This document shows positions 45,610 through 55,729 of a stretch of DNA of 62,075 nucleotides, piece after piece. Origin of the DNA: a bacterium (GTDB lineage Bacteria > Bacillota > Clostridia > Oscillospirales > Acutalibacteraceae). Both the position numbers and the translations under genes were made by a program. The DNA lies in the NCBI GenBank assembly GCA_030535285.1, contig JAUMXX010000001.1:1-62075 (forward strand), read 5' to 3'. The notes under the pieces were generated by a model. That model was given only the letters and a program-made list of their open reading frames with translations. It searched no databases and was not told where the DNA came from. Numbering within the stretch: position 1 is the stretch's first letter; every line of letters begins with the position of its first letter.

Positions 45610-47634
45610 TTAATTTTGTCCGTATTTAGCCGTTTGTCTCAAAAAAGCTATTATTTTTCTTCTAAGCAGATTATTTTCCGGTTTTTTCAGCTGGCTGTCT
45701 GAACTTATTACTCTATCGGCCGCCTTTGCAGCAAGACGGAAAAGCTCAAGATCGTTAACCAAATCCGCCACCTTAAATTCGGGCAGTCCGTGTTGCCTGC
45801 CACCGCAAAAATCTCCGGGGCCCCGAAGTTTTAAATCTTCGTCTGCTATCTTAAATCCGTCGGTTGTGCCGCATATGACATCCAGCCGTTTTTTTGTTTC
45901 TGAATTTTTTGTGTCGGTTATTAAAATACAGGTTGACTTATACTCGCCCCGACCTATTCGGCCTCGAAGTTGATGCAGTTGAGATAATCCGAACCTTTCT
46001 GCGTTCTCAATCACCATAATTACGGCATTTTTTACATCAATTCCAACCTCTATAACCGTCGTTGATATCAGCAATTGAATCTTCCCGTTTAAAAACTCCC
46101 GCATAACACGGTCTTTCTGTGTCGACTTCATTTTTCCGTGAATTAAACCCACGCAATAGTCTTTAAACTCGCCGCTGCTGAGATTTTGCGCATGTTCTTC
46201 AGCAGAAATGAGGTCACTTTCAGTTTTCTCAACAAGCGGGCACACAATATATGCCTGCCGCCCGGCATCAAGATGCTTCTTTATATAGGAGTAAACCCGT
46301 TGTCTGTAATTATTTGTTACACAATAAGTTTCAATCGGCTGCCGACCTTTCGGCAATGTATTTATAGTGCTAATATCTAAATCCCCATAAATAATAAGTG
46401 ACATGGTCCGCGGTATAGGGGTTGCCGACATAACCAGCATGTGCACATTATCCTGCTTTTTAGCTAAACTTGTCCGCTGTGCAACCCCGAATCTATGCTG
46501 TTCATCGGTTATCACAATGGCAAGATTTTTAAATACAACATCGTCCTCTATCAGAGCATGCGTGCCTATCAAAATATCTACCTGCCCATCAAGAAGTGCC
46601 TGTTTTATCTTGTTTTTATTACTCTTTGTAACCGACCCGGTTAGTAACGCCAGATTAATCCCCGTTCCCACAAAGAATTTAGACAAATTTTCATAATGCT
46701 GTTCTGCCAGGATTTCTGTAGGCACCATTAACGCACCTTGATAACCGTTTCGTACCGCATTGTAAAGCAAGGCAGCACCTACAACGGTTTTGCCCGAGCC
46801 TACATCACCCTGTAAAAGTCTGTTCATCAATCTGCCCGAGGTCATATCTTGTGTGCACTCGCCGATTGCCTTTTGCTGTTGAGCAGTCAAGGTAAAGGGA
46901 AGCCTTTTAACAAACTCACCGATGTAATCCTTTTTTAATTGTATACCCTGTTTTTTAAGATTGTGGAACCGTTTGAACTTCATTGCCGCCGTAACCAAAA
47001 ACAGTTCGTCAAATGCAAGACGTCTGCGTGAAACTTCAACCGACTCAACATCTTTTGGAAAATGAATGTTTTTAACGGCAAAATTTATATCGCACAATCG
47101 GTTGTCTTCTATTATATGTGACGGTAAAAAGTCCTCGAAATCCACCCTGTCTATAACCTGCGCCACCGTTTTTTCGATAACAGAGGAGGGCAACCCCGCA
47201 ACAGTGCGGTATATCGGTCGGATAACCGCCGATTCGCACGCAGCTATCTTGGGTGAGGAGATCTGCCTATGCGAACCAATCCCGCTTATTTTTCCGAAAA
47301 ATAAATACTTCTCACCCACAACCAACCGTTGCGCCGTGTATTTTGAATTATAAAACACAACCTCTAACACCCCCGTGTTATCGGACACCAGAGTTTTATA
47401 CAAAATCATATTACTTCTTACACGATGCTCCTCAACAGGAGATATAACCTTCGCTTTTATACAACAATTTTGCTCACAGACAGCATCATAAATGTCGACC
47501 GGACAACTCCAATCTTCATAGCCTCTGGGATAAAATTGCAAAAGGGTATTGACGTCTGTTAAGCCGAGAGTTCTAAACCTCTCGGCCCGTTTTTCGCCAA
47601 CACCCTTAATGTATTTAATATCTATATTATTCAT
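45610..47634 (-). CDS. recG: ATP-dependent DNA helicase RecG
   Basis: It has a wedge domain and SF2 helicase motifs (GDVGSGKT, DEQHRFG, SATPIPRT, QLHQLRGRIGRG). The ATG at 47634 lies 1 nt after the yloV stop. The ORF track uses the TTG at 47643. Confidence 0.95.
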   Translation of the reverse strand: MNNIDIKYIKGVGEKRAERFRTLGLTDVNTLLQFYPRGYEDWSCPVDIYDAVCEQNCCIKAKVISPVEEHRVRSNMILYKTLVSDNTGVLEVVFYNSKYTAQRLVVGEKYLFFGKISGIGSHRQISSPKIAACESAVIRPIYRTVAGLPSSVIEKTVAQVIDRVDFEDFLPSHIIEDNRLCDINFAVKNIHFPKDVESVEVSRRRLAFDELFLVTAAMKFKRFHNLKKQGIQLKKDYIGEFVKRLPFTLTAQQQKAIGECTQDMTSGRLMNRLLQGDVGSGKTVVGAALLYNAVRNGYQGALMVPTEILAEQHYENLSKFFVGTGINLALLTGSVTKSNKNKIKQALLDGQVDILIGTHALIEDDVVFKNLAIVITDEQHRFGVAQRTSLAKKQDNVHMLVMSATPIPRTMSLIIYGDLDISTINTLPKGRQPIETYCVTNNYRQRVYSYIKKHLDAGRQAYIVCPLVEKTESDLISAEEHAQNLSSGEFKDYCVGLIHGKMKSTQKDRVMREFLNGKIQLLISTTVIEVGIDVKNAVIMVIENAERFGLSQLHQLRGRIGRGEYKSTCILITDTKNSETKKRLDVICGTTDGFKIADEDLKLRGPGDFCGGRQHGLPEFKVADLVNDLELFRLAAKAADRVISSDSQLKKPENNLLRRKIIAFLRQTAKYGQN

Positions 47635-47635
47635 A

Positions 47636-49300
47636 CTATTCAACCGAAATAATGTAATAATAAACCGGCTGTCCGCCGTTTACCACGGTGATCTCGACAT
47701 CTTCCGACATTCTTTCTCTCAACGCATCCGCCGCTTCCTGAGCCTGCTCCTCGGTAATCTCCTCACCGTAAATAAGGGTTACAAACGATGTGTTTTTCGA
47801 GGCAAGATTTTTTGTAAGTTTGCAAACGCTTTTAATCATATCGGTCTCGCCAAAGGAAATTTTGCCGTTAGCAAGCGCCAAAAGTTCACCCTTTAAAATC
47901 TTCTTACCGTTATATGACGAATCCCTTGCAGCAAAGGTAATTTGTCCGGTTGAAACATTCTCATATCCCTTCTGCATAGCAATTGCGTTCTCGTCTGCCG
48001 AAGCATCGGGATCAAATGACAACATAGCCGAAATCCCCTGAGGGATCGTTCTTGTAGGTAATACAATTATCTTTCTGGTGCTAAGCGGTATAGCCTGCTC
48101 AGCAGCCATAATTATGTTCTTATTATTGGGTAAAACGAATACAGTTTCAGCGGGAGTGAGCTCAACTGCACGTAAAATATCCTGCGTGCTCGGATTCATT
48201 GTCTGACCGCCGCTGACAATCATATCAGCACCTAAATCTGTGAAGAGTTCCTTTAATCCGTCGCCTACCGAAACGGTAACAAAACCATATGGCTTTTCAA
48301 TCTCTACCGACGTGTATTCATTCGATTCAGACTGTTGCGGCTTTTCCTTTTTCGGACTCTCGCCTTTTGAGTCATGCCTTGCCCTCTCATGCTGATCTCT
48401 CATGTTCTCAATTTTAAGATTAACAAGAGGACCCCAGGTCAGTGCTTTCTCAATTGCCTTTCCCGGATGATTGGTATGCACGTGCACCTTTATGATGCTC
48501 TCATCAACAACAACAACAACACAGTCACCGATTGTCTCAAGATATGCACGAAGTTTTTTGGGATCACTTTTACCATCGTCTTTATTGACAATAAATTCTG
48601 TACAATAAGTAAATGTAATGTCAGACTCAACCTGTCCGGCTGCATTTTGCGGGGCAACCACCTTGGCTTCTGCATTATCCGACTCAATCATTTTACCGTC
48701 TTTAAATACAGAAAGCATTCCCTGCAGTATAAGTAAATATCCCTGACCGCCGGCATCAACTACACCGGCTTTTTTCAGAACAGGCAGCATTTCGGGTGTT
48801 TGTTGAAGCGCCTCATCGGCCGCCTTAACAATTTCTTCAAAAACCGCCAACGCATCCAAGCCATTTTCAACTGCTGTCTTGGCAGCCTCAGCCGCAAGTC
48901 TTGCTACCGTCAGCATAGTGCCCTCGGTCGGCTTCATAACCGCTTTATATGCAGCCTCAACACCCAAAACCATCGCATCGCAAAGGCCCTGAGCATCAAC
49001 CGTTTCTTTTCCTTTCAATGCCTTAGCAAATCCCCGGAATAAAAGCGAAGTTATAACACCCGAGTTTCCTCGCGCTCCTCGCAACAACGCAGAGGCGGTA
49101 ACCTCAGCAACCTTTCCGGCAGTTTCGTTGTTTAAATATGCAAGTTCCGAAGCAGCGCTGCCGATACTTAATGACATGTTTGTTCCTGTATCACCGTCGG
49201 GAACCGGAAAAACATTCAATTCATCAACGCTTTGCTTCTGATTTGTTATATTGTTAGCACCTGATATGATTGCATCGCGCAAAATATTACCATTATACAA
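47636..49300 (-). CDS. yloV: DAK2-domain protein YloV
   Basis: It has an N-terminal Dak2 phosphatase-like domain (FPVPDGDTGTNM) and a YloV C-terminal domain. It is paired with asp23, as in Bacillus yloU-yloV. Confidence 0.88.
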   Translation of the reverse strand: MYNGNILRDAIISGANNITNQKQSVDELNVFPVPDGDTGTNMSLSIGSAASELAYLNNETAGKVAEVTASALLRGARGNSGVITSLLFRGFAKALKGKETVDAQGLCDAMVLGVEAAYKAVMKPTEGTMLTVARLAAEAAKTAVENGLDALAVFEEIVKAADEALQQTPEMLPVLKKAGVVDAGGQGYLLILQGMLSVFKDGKMIESDNAEAKVVAPQNAAGQVESDITFTYCTEFIVNKDDGKSDPKKLRAYLETIGDCVVVVVDESIIKVHVHTNHPGKAIEKALTWGPLVNLKIENMRDQHERARHDSKGESPKKEKPQQSESNEYTSVEIEKPYGFVTVSVGDGLKELFTDLGADMIVSGGQTMNPSTQDILRAVELTPAETVFVLPNNKNIIMAAEQAIPLSTRKIIVLPTRTIPQGISAMLSFDPDASADENAIAMQKGYENVSTGQITFAARDSSYNGKKILKGELLALANGKISFGETDMIKSVCKLTKNLASKNTSFVTLIYGEEITEEQAQEAADALRERMSEDVEITVVNGGQPVYYYIISVE

Positions 49301-49396
49301 AACAAGTTCCTCCTAAACGAGAGCATAACAAATATTTAGAATATAAACACTAAAGGGAATAACCCACAGTTTATTCCATAACCCCATTATTATATG

Positions 49397-49744
49397 CTAC
49401 TCTTTTATTCCATCAATCTTAACAGTGACCTTGTTAACAGTTATACCTGTAGCCTCAAACACCGTATATTTTACCTTATGAGCTATGCTGTTTGCAATTG
49501 CGTTAATGTTCATGCCATACGACACAACAATATGCAATGTTACAGTTATAGAGTCAATGTCACCTTGTATTTTTATACCCTTTTCAGGTGTTTTTGAAGA
49601 AAAGAAAAAATTTCGAATTTTCTGTGCTCCCTGAGGAACCATTTCAGTCACACCATAACACGACGAAACCGCTTTGCCGATAAGTTTTGTGAGATATTCA
49701 CTTGAAATTTCAACTGTTCCGATTCTGGTTTGATAGGCTATCAT
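49397..49744 (-). CDS. Asp23/Gls24 family (YloU-like) envelope stress protein
   Basis: It begins GTVEISSEYLTKLIGKAVSSCYGV, is 115 aa, and lies upstream of yloV. Confidence 0.85.
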   Translation of the reverse strand: MIAYQTRIGTVEISSEYLTKLIGKAVSSCYGVTEMVPQGAQKIRNFFFSSKTPEKGIKIQGDIDSITVTLHIVVSYGMNINAIANSIAHKVKYTVFEATGITVNKVTVKIDGIKE

Positions 49745-49780
49745 AGTTTTTCCTCCTTAAATAGTAACCGGTATGTTCCT

Positions 49781-51442
49781 TCAATTTAATGTGCAATTTT
49801 CAAAACCGAACAACGGATCGCTAACCGAACATTGAAGCCCTTCCGACAACCTGCTTGTATGAATTTCAATTCCACATCTGTAACATACGGGAATAACCGA
49901 CATTTCACCGATAAACGCTGTTATAACATCAGCAAGCGAGAGCGTACCGTTGTAAAACCCGCTGACCGCCTGCGCACAGGACAAGTTGTTGTTTTCACCT
50001 TTTTCTCGGTTATGCTCGTCAGCAGATTCGACCGCAATCATTGACCCGGTATTTCCTTGTGCCGTTTTGCTTTCTGAATCCGCCGAACTGTCCGCTTTTT
50101 GTGACTTTTCGGGGTCGCTTATACCATAAGCAACACTTCCGCCAAAGGTTACAAGTTCGGTTATATCGGCATTTGTCAGAATTTTTGTTTCAGCCAAATA
50201 TAGTTGGAATTGTTTGGCTGCAAGACGTGCTGTATAGGTGTTCCAATCAACCGCATCTATCTTTAACTCAATACCTGCTGCTGCAAGCTGCTCCTTTATC
50301 AATTTTGCAGCGTTAAGCCGAACTGTATTATCGGAATTACACAGCAAAGACAAAACGATCCTGTGCCCCGAATCATTCACATAAAAGCCTTGACTATCCT
50401 TGTTATTATATCCTATTTCCTTCAAATTGGCAATAGCAATATTTATGTTCCCAACTTCCTCAATAGTCTGAACCCCTTTTGAGTCCTCCCAAACCGGATT
50501 ATACGGACCCTTTGCAGGCGTGGCATAAGAATAGTAGGCGGTTGAGCAGATGTCACTGCGGTTTAAAGCAGAAGACACGGCATAACGCAGATTGCTGTTT
50601 TTAAGCAAAACATCCTCTGTGTTAACACCTAAGTATACAAGATTATTAAGTTCGACAATATTTGCAACACCGTTCATTGAAGGTAGGATTCCGTCAGACA
50701 GATCAGAATAGTAAATTGATATATTGCCGGTGCCAAGATACCCTTCAACCGCTTCGCGATCGGGAGCATTTAGCAAACTTATACTCTTAATTTTGGGTGC
50801 GCCCAGATGATAACTTTCATTAGCTTTGAGTGTTTTTTCTGTTAAATCAACTGTATATCTGCCACATCCGACCGCCGGAAGTTCCTTGTTGTCCTTATCG
50901 GTTGCAGTGTCACTGTTGGTTTTAATTATCGGAAAATCCAAAAGGTTTGCAAAATACGGATCATTTTTTGCAAGAGTTATACACACAGTAACATCATCCT
51001 GCGCCGAAACCGACACAACCTGTGCAAGTTGTTGCGCATACTTTGTTTGTGAGGCCTTCGCCACCTTCAAAGAAAACACAACATCCTCCGCCTTTACCGC
51101 AGACCCGTCGGAAAATTTAATATCTTTTATTTTAACTATACAGGTTTTACCCTCGACTTTAACACTGTTTGCAATTATATTTACCGGGGAAAAGGTTGAA
51201 TCAAGTTTTACAAGCGGATCGTACAGCAACAAATTTATCAACTGATTAACCCTTGATTTTGATTTGTAAGGATTAAAACTGTCTGTTGAACAGTACATCA
51301 TAGTAAAAAACTGTGAGCCCTCGTCGTTATCGGTTTTTACCAATTGAGATTTGCTGTCGCTTGTTTGTGCAGTCTGACAACCGCACAAAATTAACACCAA
51401 AAGACATATACAAGAAATGATTTTCCTAAATTTCATTGTCAT
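49781..51442 (-). CDS. lipoprotein, ABC-transporter substrate-binding protein family 5 (peptide/nickel type), with no linked permease or ATPase genes
   Basis: It has a lipobox (LILCGC) and an SBP_bac_5-like core (DSFNPY...YDPLVKLD). A low-complexity Ser/Asp/Glu insert lies near the C-terminus. Confidence 0.72.
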   Translation of the reverse strand: MTMKFRKIISCICLLVLILCGCQTAQTSDSKSQLVKTDNDEGSQFFTMMYCSTDSFNPYKSKSRVNQLINLLLYDPLVKLDSTFSPVNIIANSVKVEGKTCIVKIKDIKFSDGSAVKAEDVVFSLKVAKASQTKYAQQLAQVVSVSAQDDVTVCITLAKNDPYFANLLDFPIIKTNSDTATDKDNKELPAVGCGRYTVDLTEKTLKANESYHLGAPKIKSISLLNAPDREAVEGYLGTGNISIYYSDLSDGILPSMNGVANIVELNNLVYLGVNTEDVLLKNSNLRYAVSSALNRSDICSTAYYSYATPAKGPYNPVWEDSKGVQTIEEVGNINIAIANLKEIGYNNKDSQGFYVNDSGHRIVLSLLCNSDNTVRLNAAKLIKEQLAAAGIELKIDAVDWNTYTARLAAKQFQLYLAETKILTNADITELVTFGGSVAYGISDPEKSQKADSSADSESKTAQGNTGSMIAVESADEHNREKGENNNLSCAQAVSGFYNGTLSLADVITAFIGEMSVIPVCYRCGIEIHTSRLSEGLQCSVSDPLFGFENCTLN

Positions 51443-51449
51443 CCCCGAC

Positions 51450-52223
51450 CTATATACTAATCCTTTTTATTCCGATCACGTTTTTACCCGTTCGATCGAC
51501 CTCAATAATACATCCGTTTATGGTACACTTTCCGTCAGCCGTTTCAAAACTGAGCGGAAGATTATCTTTCATTCTTGAAATTATTATCTCTTTTTTTACC
51601 CCCAGAACCGAGTCGTCAGGACCGGTCATTCCCAGATCTGTAATATATGCCGTGCCACCCGGAAGTATCTGCTCATCGGCAGTCTGGACATGGGTATGTG
51701 TGCCCACAACCGCCGTCACTCTGCCGTCAAGATAATATCCCAATGCCCGTTTCTCAGAGGTTGCTTCGGCATGGAAGTCTACAATTATAATGTTGGCTCC
51801 GGCAGTTCGCGCCTTCTCAATCAGCCTGTCAGCCGTTTTGAAAGGGCAATCCGCCGATTGCATATAAGCAACACCCAGTAAATTTATAACAGCAACTGAG
51901 GTGTATCCCATATCAACAATGCACAAACCCGTCCCGAAACCGTCTTGCAAACAATTCTCAGGACGCAGTACAAAAGGATTCTCATCTAAATAATGATGGA
52001 ACGCTGTTCTCCTTAAGGTATGATTGCCCCCCGTTATGACATTAACACCGGCACAGAACAAATCCTCAGCGCTTGCCGGAACAATACCGTTACCCTCAGC
52101 AGAGTTTTCCCCGTTTGCTATTACAAGATCAATGCTATACTGTTTTTTAATGCCGGGCAGTTTGTTTCGGATGGTTGTGCAACCGATATTGCCTACAACA
52201 TCACCAATACATAAAATTTTCAT
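51450..52223 (-). CDS. ymdB: YmdB-family metallophosphoesterase (2',3'-cyclic-nucleotide 2'-phosphodiesterase)
   Basis: It has MKILCIGDVVG, ANGENSAEGNGI, GNH and DFHAEATSEK. The ATG at 52223 follows GGTGG. Confidence 0.9.
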   Translation of the reverse strand: MKILCIGDVVGNIGCTTIRNKLPGIKKQYSIDLVIANGENSAEGNGIVPASAEDLFCAGVNVITGGNHTLRRTAFHHYLDENPFVLRPENCLQDGFGTGLCIVDMGYTSVAVINLLGVAYMQSADCPFKTADRLIEKARTAGANIIIVDFHAEATSEKRALGYYLDGRVTAVVGTHTHVQTADEQILPGGTAYITDLGMTGPDDSVLGVKKEIIISRMKDNLPLSFETADGKCTINGCIIEVDRTGKNVIGIKRISI

Positions 52224-52416
52224 ATGTCCACCACTATCAAATATTAATATAATAATACAATATTTTTTCGATTTTATCAATCCATAAAACAATCTTTTGA
52301 ATACCTATCAAAAAAGCGAAGCCTTTTTTCTTGAAAAGTTTCAAATCAATATGCTATACTTTGCTTGATAGTATACTTTTATGCCGTGCAATCCCACAGG
52401 AAAGCGAGGATCTTTC

Positions 52417-53409
52417 ATGAGCAAAAGTTTTTTTCACAAGGATTATTTATCAATAAAAAACACTAACTGCCTTAAACTCATTTTTGTCGCGGTAGTCGTA
52501 ATTCATCATTTGTATCAAAAGTTGTCGGTGCCGCAAGAAGGTGTAATTGCGGATATGTTTTACTCTTTAGGTTATCTCTCGGTTTCCGTCTTCTTTTTTC
52601 TTACCGGATACGGACTCTTTGCGCAATATCGGTTGAAAGGGGACAGCTACCTTAAAAATTTTTTCAGAAACCGAATACTTTATCTATACTGTATCTGTTT
52701 GGTTCTGATTCCTGTTTTTTGTCTGCTTAATTTTGCCTTCGGATATTCGCTGTCACTCAATACATTTGTCCGTTCGTTTCTGTTTGGCGGTACCGTAATT
52801 ATAAGCGGATGGTTTTTACAGTCAATTTTACTGTTTTATATTATTTTCTACCTTGCTTTCAGGTTTACAAAAACCGACAAATATAAAATACCTCTGGTCT
52901 TTGCAGGACTTGTTGTGTATTTTTGTATCTGCAAACTGATGGCGTTGCCTGACAAATGGTTTCAATCCTGTTTACCCTTTGTTCTGGGGCTGATTTGGTG
53001 TAAATATGAATCTAAAATCGAACCGATATTAAAACCTTTTTCCAACGCGTGCATTATTGCAACATTCTCACTTGTGCTGTTTTTGGCATCCCTGATACTG
53101 TGCCGAATCGCCGAAGTTTTGTATATGCCGATCAAAATTTTCTCAACCCTTGCCTTTGTTGTGTTGGTTGTCACGGTTTCAACAAGGCTCTCTTTTCAAA
53201 AGACTTTTCTGAGTCGACTTGGTGGTTATTATCTTGAAATCTATATTGCCCAAGGGATATGCATCAACCTTTTTCACAATAAAAATCTTTACATACAAAA
53301 CGATCTGCTGTTTATTTTGTGCGTGCTGGTCACACTTCCTGTTTGCGCAGCACTGTTGCATCCGCTGTTTAAACTTATTTCAAAAACCGTTAAATCGAAA
53401 AAAGTATAA
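52417..53409 (+). CDS. acyltransferase family 3 (membrane O-acyltransferase)
   Basis: It has about 10 TM segments and an N-terminal LKLIFVAVVVIHHL with the conserved His. The ATG at 52417 follows GAGGA. Confidence 0.78.
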   Translation: MSKSFFHKDYLSIKNTNCLKLIFVAVVVIHHLYQKLSVPQEGVIADMFYSLGYLSVSVFFFLTGYGLFAQYRLKGDSYLKNFFRNRILYLYCICLVLIPVFCLLNFAFGYSLSLNTFVRSFLFGGTVIISGWFLQSILLFYIIFYLAFRFTKTDKYKIPLVFAGLVVYFCICKLMALPDKWFQSCLPFVLGLIWCKYESKIEPILKPFSNACIIATFSLVLFLASLILCRIAEVLYMPIKIFSTLAFVVLVVTVSTRLSFQKTFLSRLGGYYLEIYIAQGICINLFHNKNLYIQNDLLFILCVLVTLPVCAALLHPLFKLISKTVKSKKV

Positions 53410-53444
53410 AAACATACCCCCTGATTGCAGGGGGTATGTTTTTA
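53408..53444. terminator. bidirectional intrinsic terminator (acyltransferase / FkbM gene)
   Basis: AAAAACATACCCCCT pairs with AGGGGGTATGTTTTT. Confidence 0.78.
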
Positions 53445-53451
53445 TGTTACC

Positions 53452-54537
53452 TTACAGTGTTGCATAAATATTGGTTTCCCATGCAGGAATATACGGATGA
53501 TGGCGTAAAAACACTTTGTAATCCGGATTTAACGAGTTTATATAAACTACAAGTTTGTAAAAATCAACCGTATGATGATATGCGCTGACCGCTAATTTCG
53601 GGGCGAATTTTAAAATCGTATTTTTTGCCCCGTCAAGTGCCTCAAACTCTGAACCCTCAACGTCAATTTTTATATAACTCGCCCGGCGCCCGTCAAGCAA
53701 TCGGTCAACCGAAACCGTCTCAACCGGTGTCCCCGTAAAACGAATATGTGAGTTTCTGCCTCCATCACAGGAAAAGTTGAGCGTTGTTTCGTAATTCCAC
53801 GCCGCCTTGTTGTGTATTTCGATTCGCATATCTGTTCCGACCTGTTCGAGTTTGGAAAGCTTTTTATAATTCTTCGGGTCAGGTTCAACAGCTATTATGC
53901 TTTCAAACCGATTTCGTGTCGTTTCTAAAAACTCTCTAACCGTATCTCCGTTATACGCACCCAGATCAACATATGTTTCCTTGTCTGACAGTTTTAACAG
54001 GTTTTGAAAAACCTCATGTCTTGCGGTTTCAATTTCGAAAAGATACTTCGGTTTCCCGCTTAGTTTGAATTCAATTATATTTTTAAATACCGCCCTTGAC
54101 ATATCATCAGACAACAAATCAAATGCCTTGTGCACTAAAACTTTTTCTGATTTTAGCCGTTCAAATGTCAAAATGTCGGTTCCGCACACCGGAACATCGG
54201 GAACTAAAACTTCATATTTCTCGGCAATTTCCTTGATTTTGCAGAACATTTCATGAGAGTGTACTGCAAAGGCCAGCAAAACTATGCAGTCATTATACTT
54301 CTCACACACCTGCGAATAAGATATAATCTCATATCCTAAAAAACTGTGTCCTCTGACAAATCCGTCACTTGCAAATATATCGCAGATTGTTATGCCGTAC
54401 TCGGTACAAATGTCGAATATTTTTTGTGCCCCGTTACCCATGCCATACATGACTATGGGCTTCTTTTCATCCTTGAGGCGTTGCCATATTAACTGTTTTT
54501 CTCTAAGCATAATATTTCTCAAGATATCTTCGACCAA
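53452..54537 (-). CDS. FkbM-family SAM-dependent methyltransferase with an N-terminal Rossmann-like extension
   Basis: It has DLGAYNGDT (SAM-binding) and IKIDVEGSEFEAL (the FkbM signature). Length is 361 aa. Confidence 0.82.
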   Translation of the reverse strand: MVEDILRNIMLREKQLIWQRLKDEKKPIVMYGMGNGAQKIFDICTEYGITICDIFASDGFVRGHSFLGYEIISYSQVCEKYNDCIVLLAFAVHSHEMFCKIKEIAEKYEVLVPDVPVCGTDILTFERLKSEKVLVHKAFDLLSDDMSRAVFKNIIEFKLSGKPKYLFEIETARHEVFQNLLKLSDKETYVDLGAYNGDTVREFLETTRNRFESIIAVEPDPKNYKKLSKLEQVGTDMRIEIHNKAAWNYETTLNFSCDGGRNSHIRFTGTPVETVSVDRLLDGRRASYIKIDVEGSEFEALDGAKNTILKFAPKLAVSAYHHTVDFYKLVVYINSLNPDYKVFLRHHPYIPAWETNIYATL

Positions 54538-55502
54538 TGCTCAATTTGTTCGTTTTTCTTTATCTCTTCGTTGAACCCGTCAACATCGAGTCCGAAATAG
54601 TCAAACTTAGGCGGGACGCGCAAAAAAGACCCCTTCCAATTTTTAGCGCCCTCCAAGCCTACATAACCCGGCGCCGCCTTATCATAATAAACCGTGGCTC
54701 CTTTTTCCTGTACATACTGTGAAAGTTCAATCGGTGTATAGTAGACCTCTTCCGAAACGGGCAGGGTGAATTTGATTAACAACTTGCCGCCTTTTTGCGG
54801 TTTTTTTGTATTGTTTGTTTCGTAAAGATAATATTCGCCGTCAATCGTAATTCCGTTAAAAAATCCGGTAAAATTACTTGTTTTGCTGATGTTCCGATTT
54901 ACACACTCGAGGACTTTTTCTTTTTCAACCTTAGATTTTTCCAGATTAAAATATCCCTCGGTCACAAGATCCGGGACAATACCGAAAGCCGCCGTGTAAT
55001 TCTCTCCACCGCTTCCGAAATCCAAATTTACACTCATTGAAACAATATAGTTATCAAGCCAACCGGACGCCTTTTTATAATAATCGTCATCGTGAAGCAT
55101 CGGCAATTCCTTTGACATGCAATACCCCATATAAGACGCAAAGTCACTTACTGTAACCTCGGCAACCGCAGCGCCCTGATATTTTATTGTATAGTAAACC
55201 TCACGTTGAGATGCCTTTCCGTTTAATGCCGTTGCAGATTCGTTCCAAACAACCTTAGAATAACTGTAATCGGTCTTATCGCAATATTTGTTAAGCCATT
55301 CCTCAAAACCTTCAGAAGTATTTAACCTTCCGTTTTTAATATGATAATCCGCCCAGGGCGCTGTTTGTTCTATCTTTTTCTTCGCACTCAAAACCGAGCC
55401 CGCGCTTGTTATTGCCGCAACAACCGTCACGATTATAATTAAAAGCGCAACAATACCTGCGATTATACCCGCACCCAGCAAAACATACTTTCCTTTTTTC
55501 AT
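54519..55502 (-). CDS. N-terminally membrane-anchored extracytoplasmic protein, function unknown
   Basis: It has a single TM segment (LLGAGIIAGIVALLIIIVTVVAAI) followed by a ~290-aa soluble domain. Its 3' end overlaps the FkbM start by 19 nt. Confidence 0.6.
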   Translation of the reverse strand: MKKGKYVLLGAGIIAGIVALLIIIVTVVAAITSAGSVLSAKKKIEQTAPWADYHIKNGRLNTSEGFEEWLNKYCDKTDYSYSKVVWNESATALNGKASQREVYYTIKYQGAAVAEVTVSDFASYMGYCMSKELPMLHDDDYYKKASGWLDNYIVSMSVNLDFGSGGENYTAAFGIVPDLVTEGYFNLEKSKVEKEKVLECVNRNISKTSNFTGFFNGITIDGEYYLYETNNTKKPQKGGKLLIKFTLPVSEEVYYTPIELSQYVQEKGATVYYDKAAPGYVGLEGAKNWKGSFLRVPPKFDYFGLDVDGFNEEIKKNEQIEHWSKIS

Positions 55503-55729
55503 AACGCACTTCCTAACATCATATTAAATAATTACCGGTCTGCCTCTGCGAACAAAAGCAAAGCCAAAATTTTATCAATCAATAACATTTTACAATAATT
55601 ATACCACATCGTTTTGCTGTTAACAACACACTCGGCGGTTTTATCTGTTTTGTACTAAATTTAGTTGTAATATCCTTTTCATTGTGGTAAATTATTATCA
55701 GTAAACACTTAAATTTGGGAGAGATTTTA

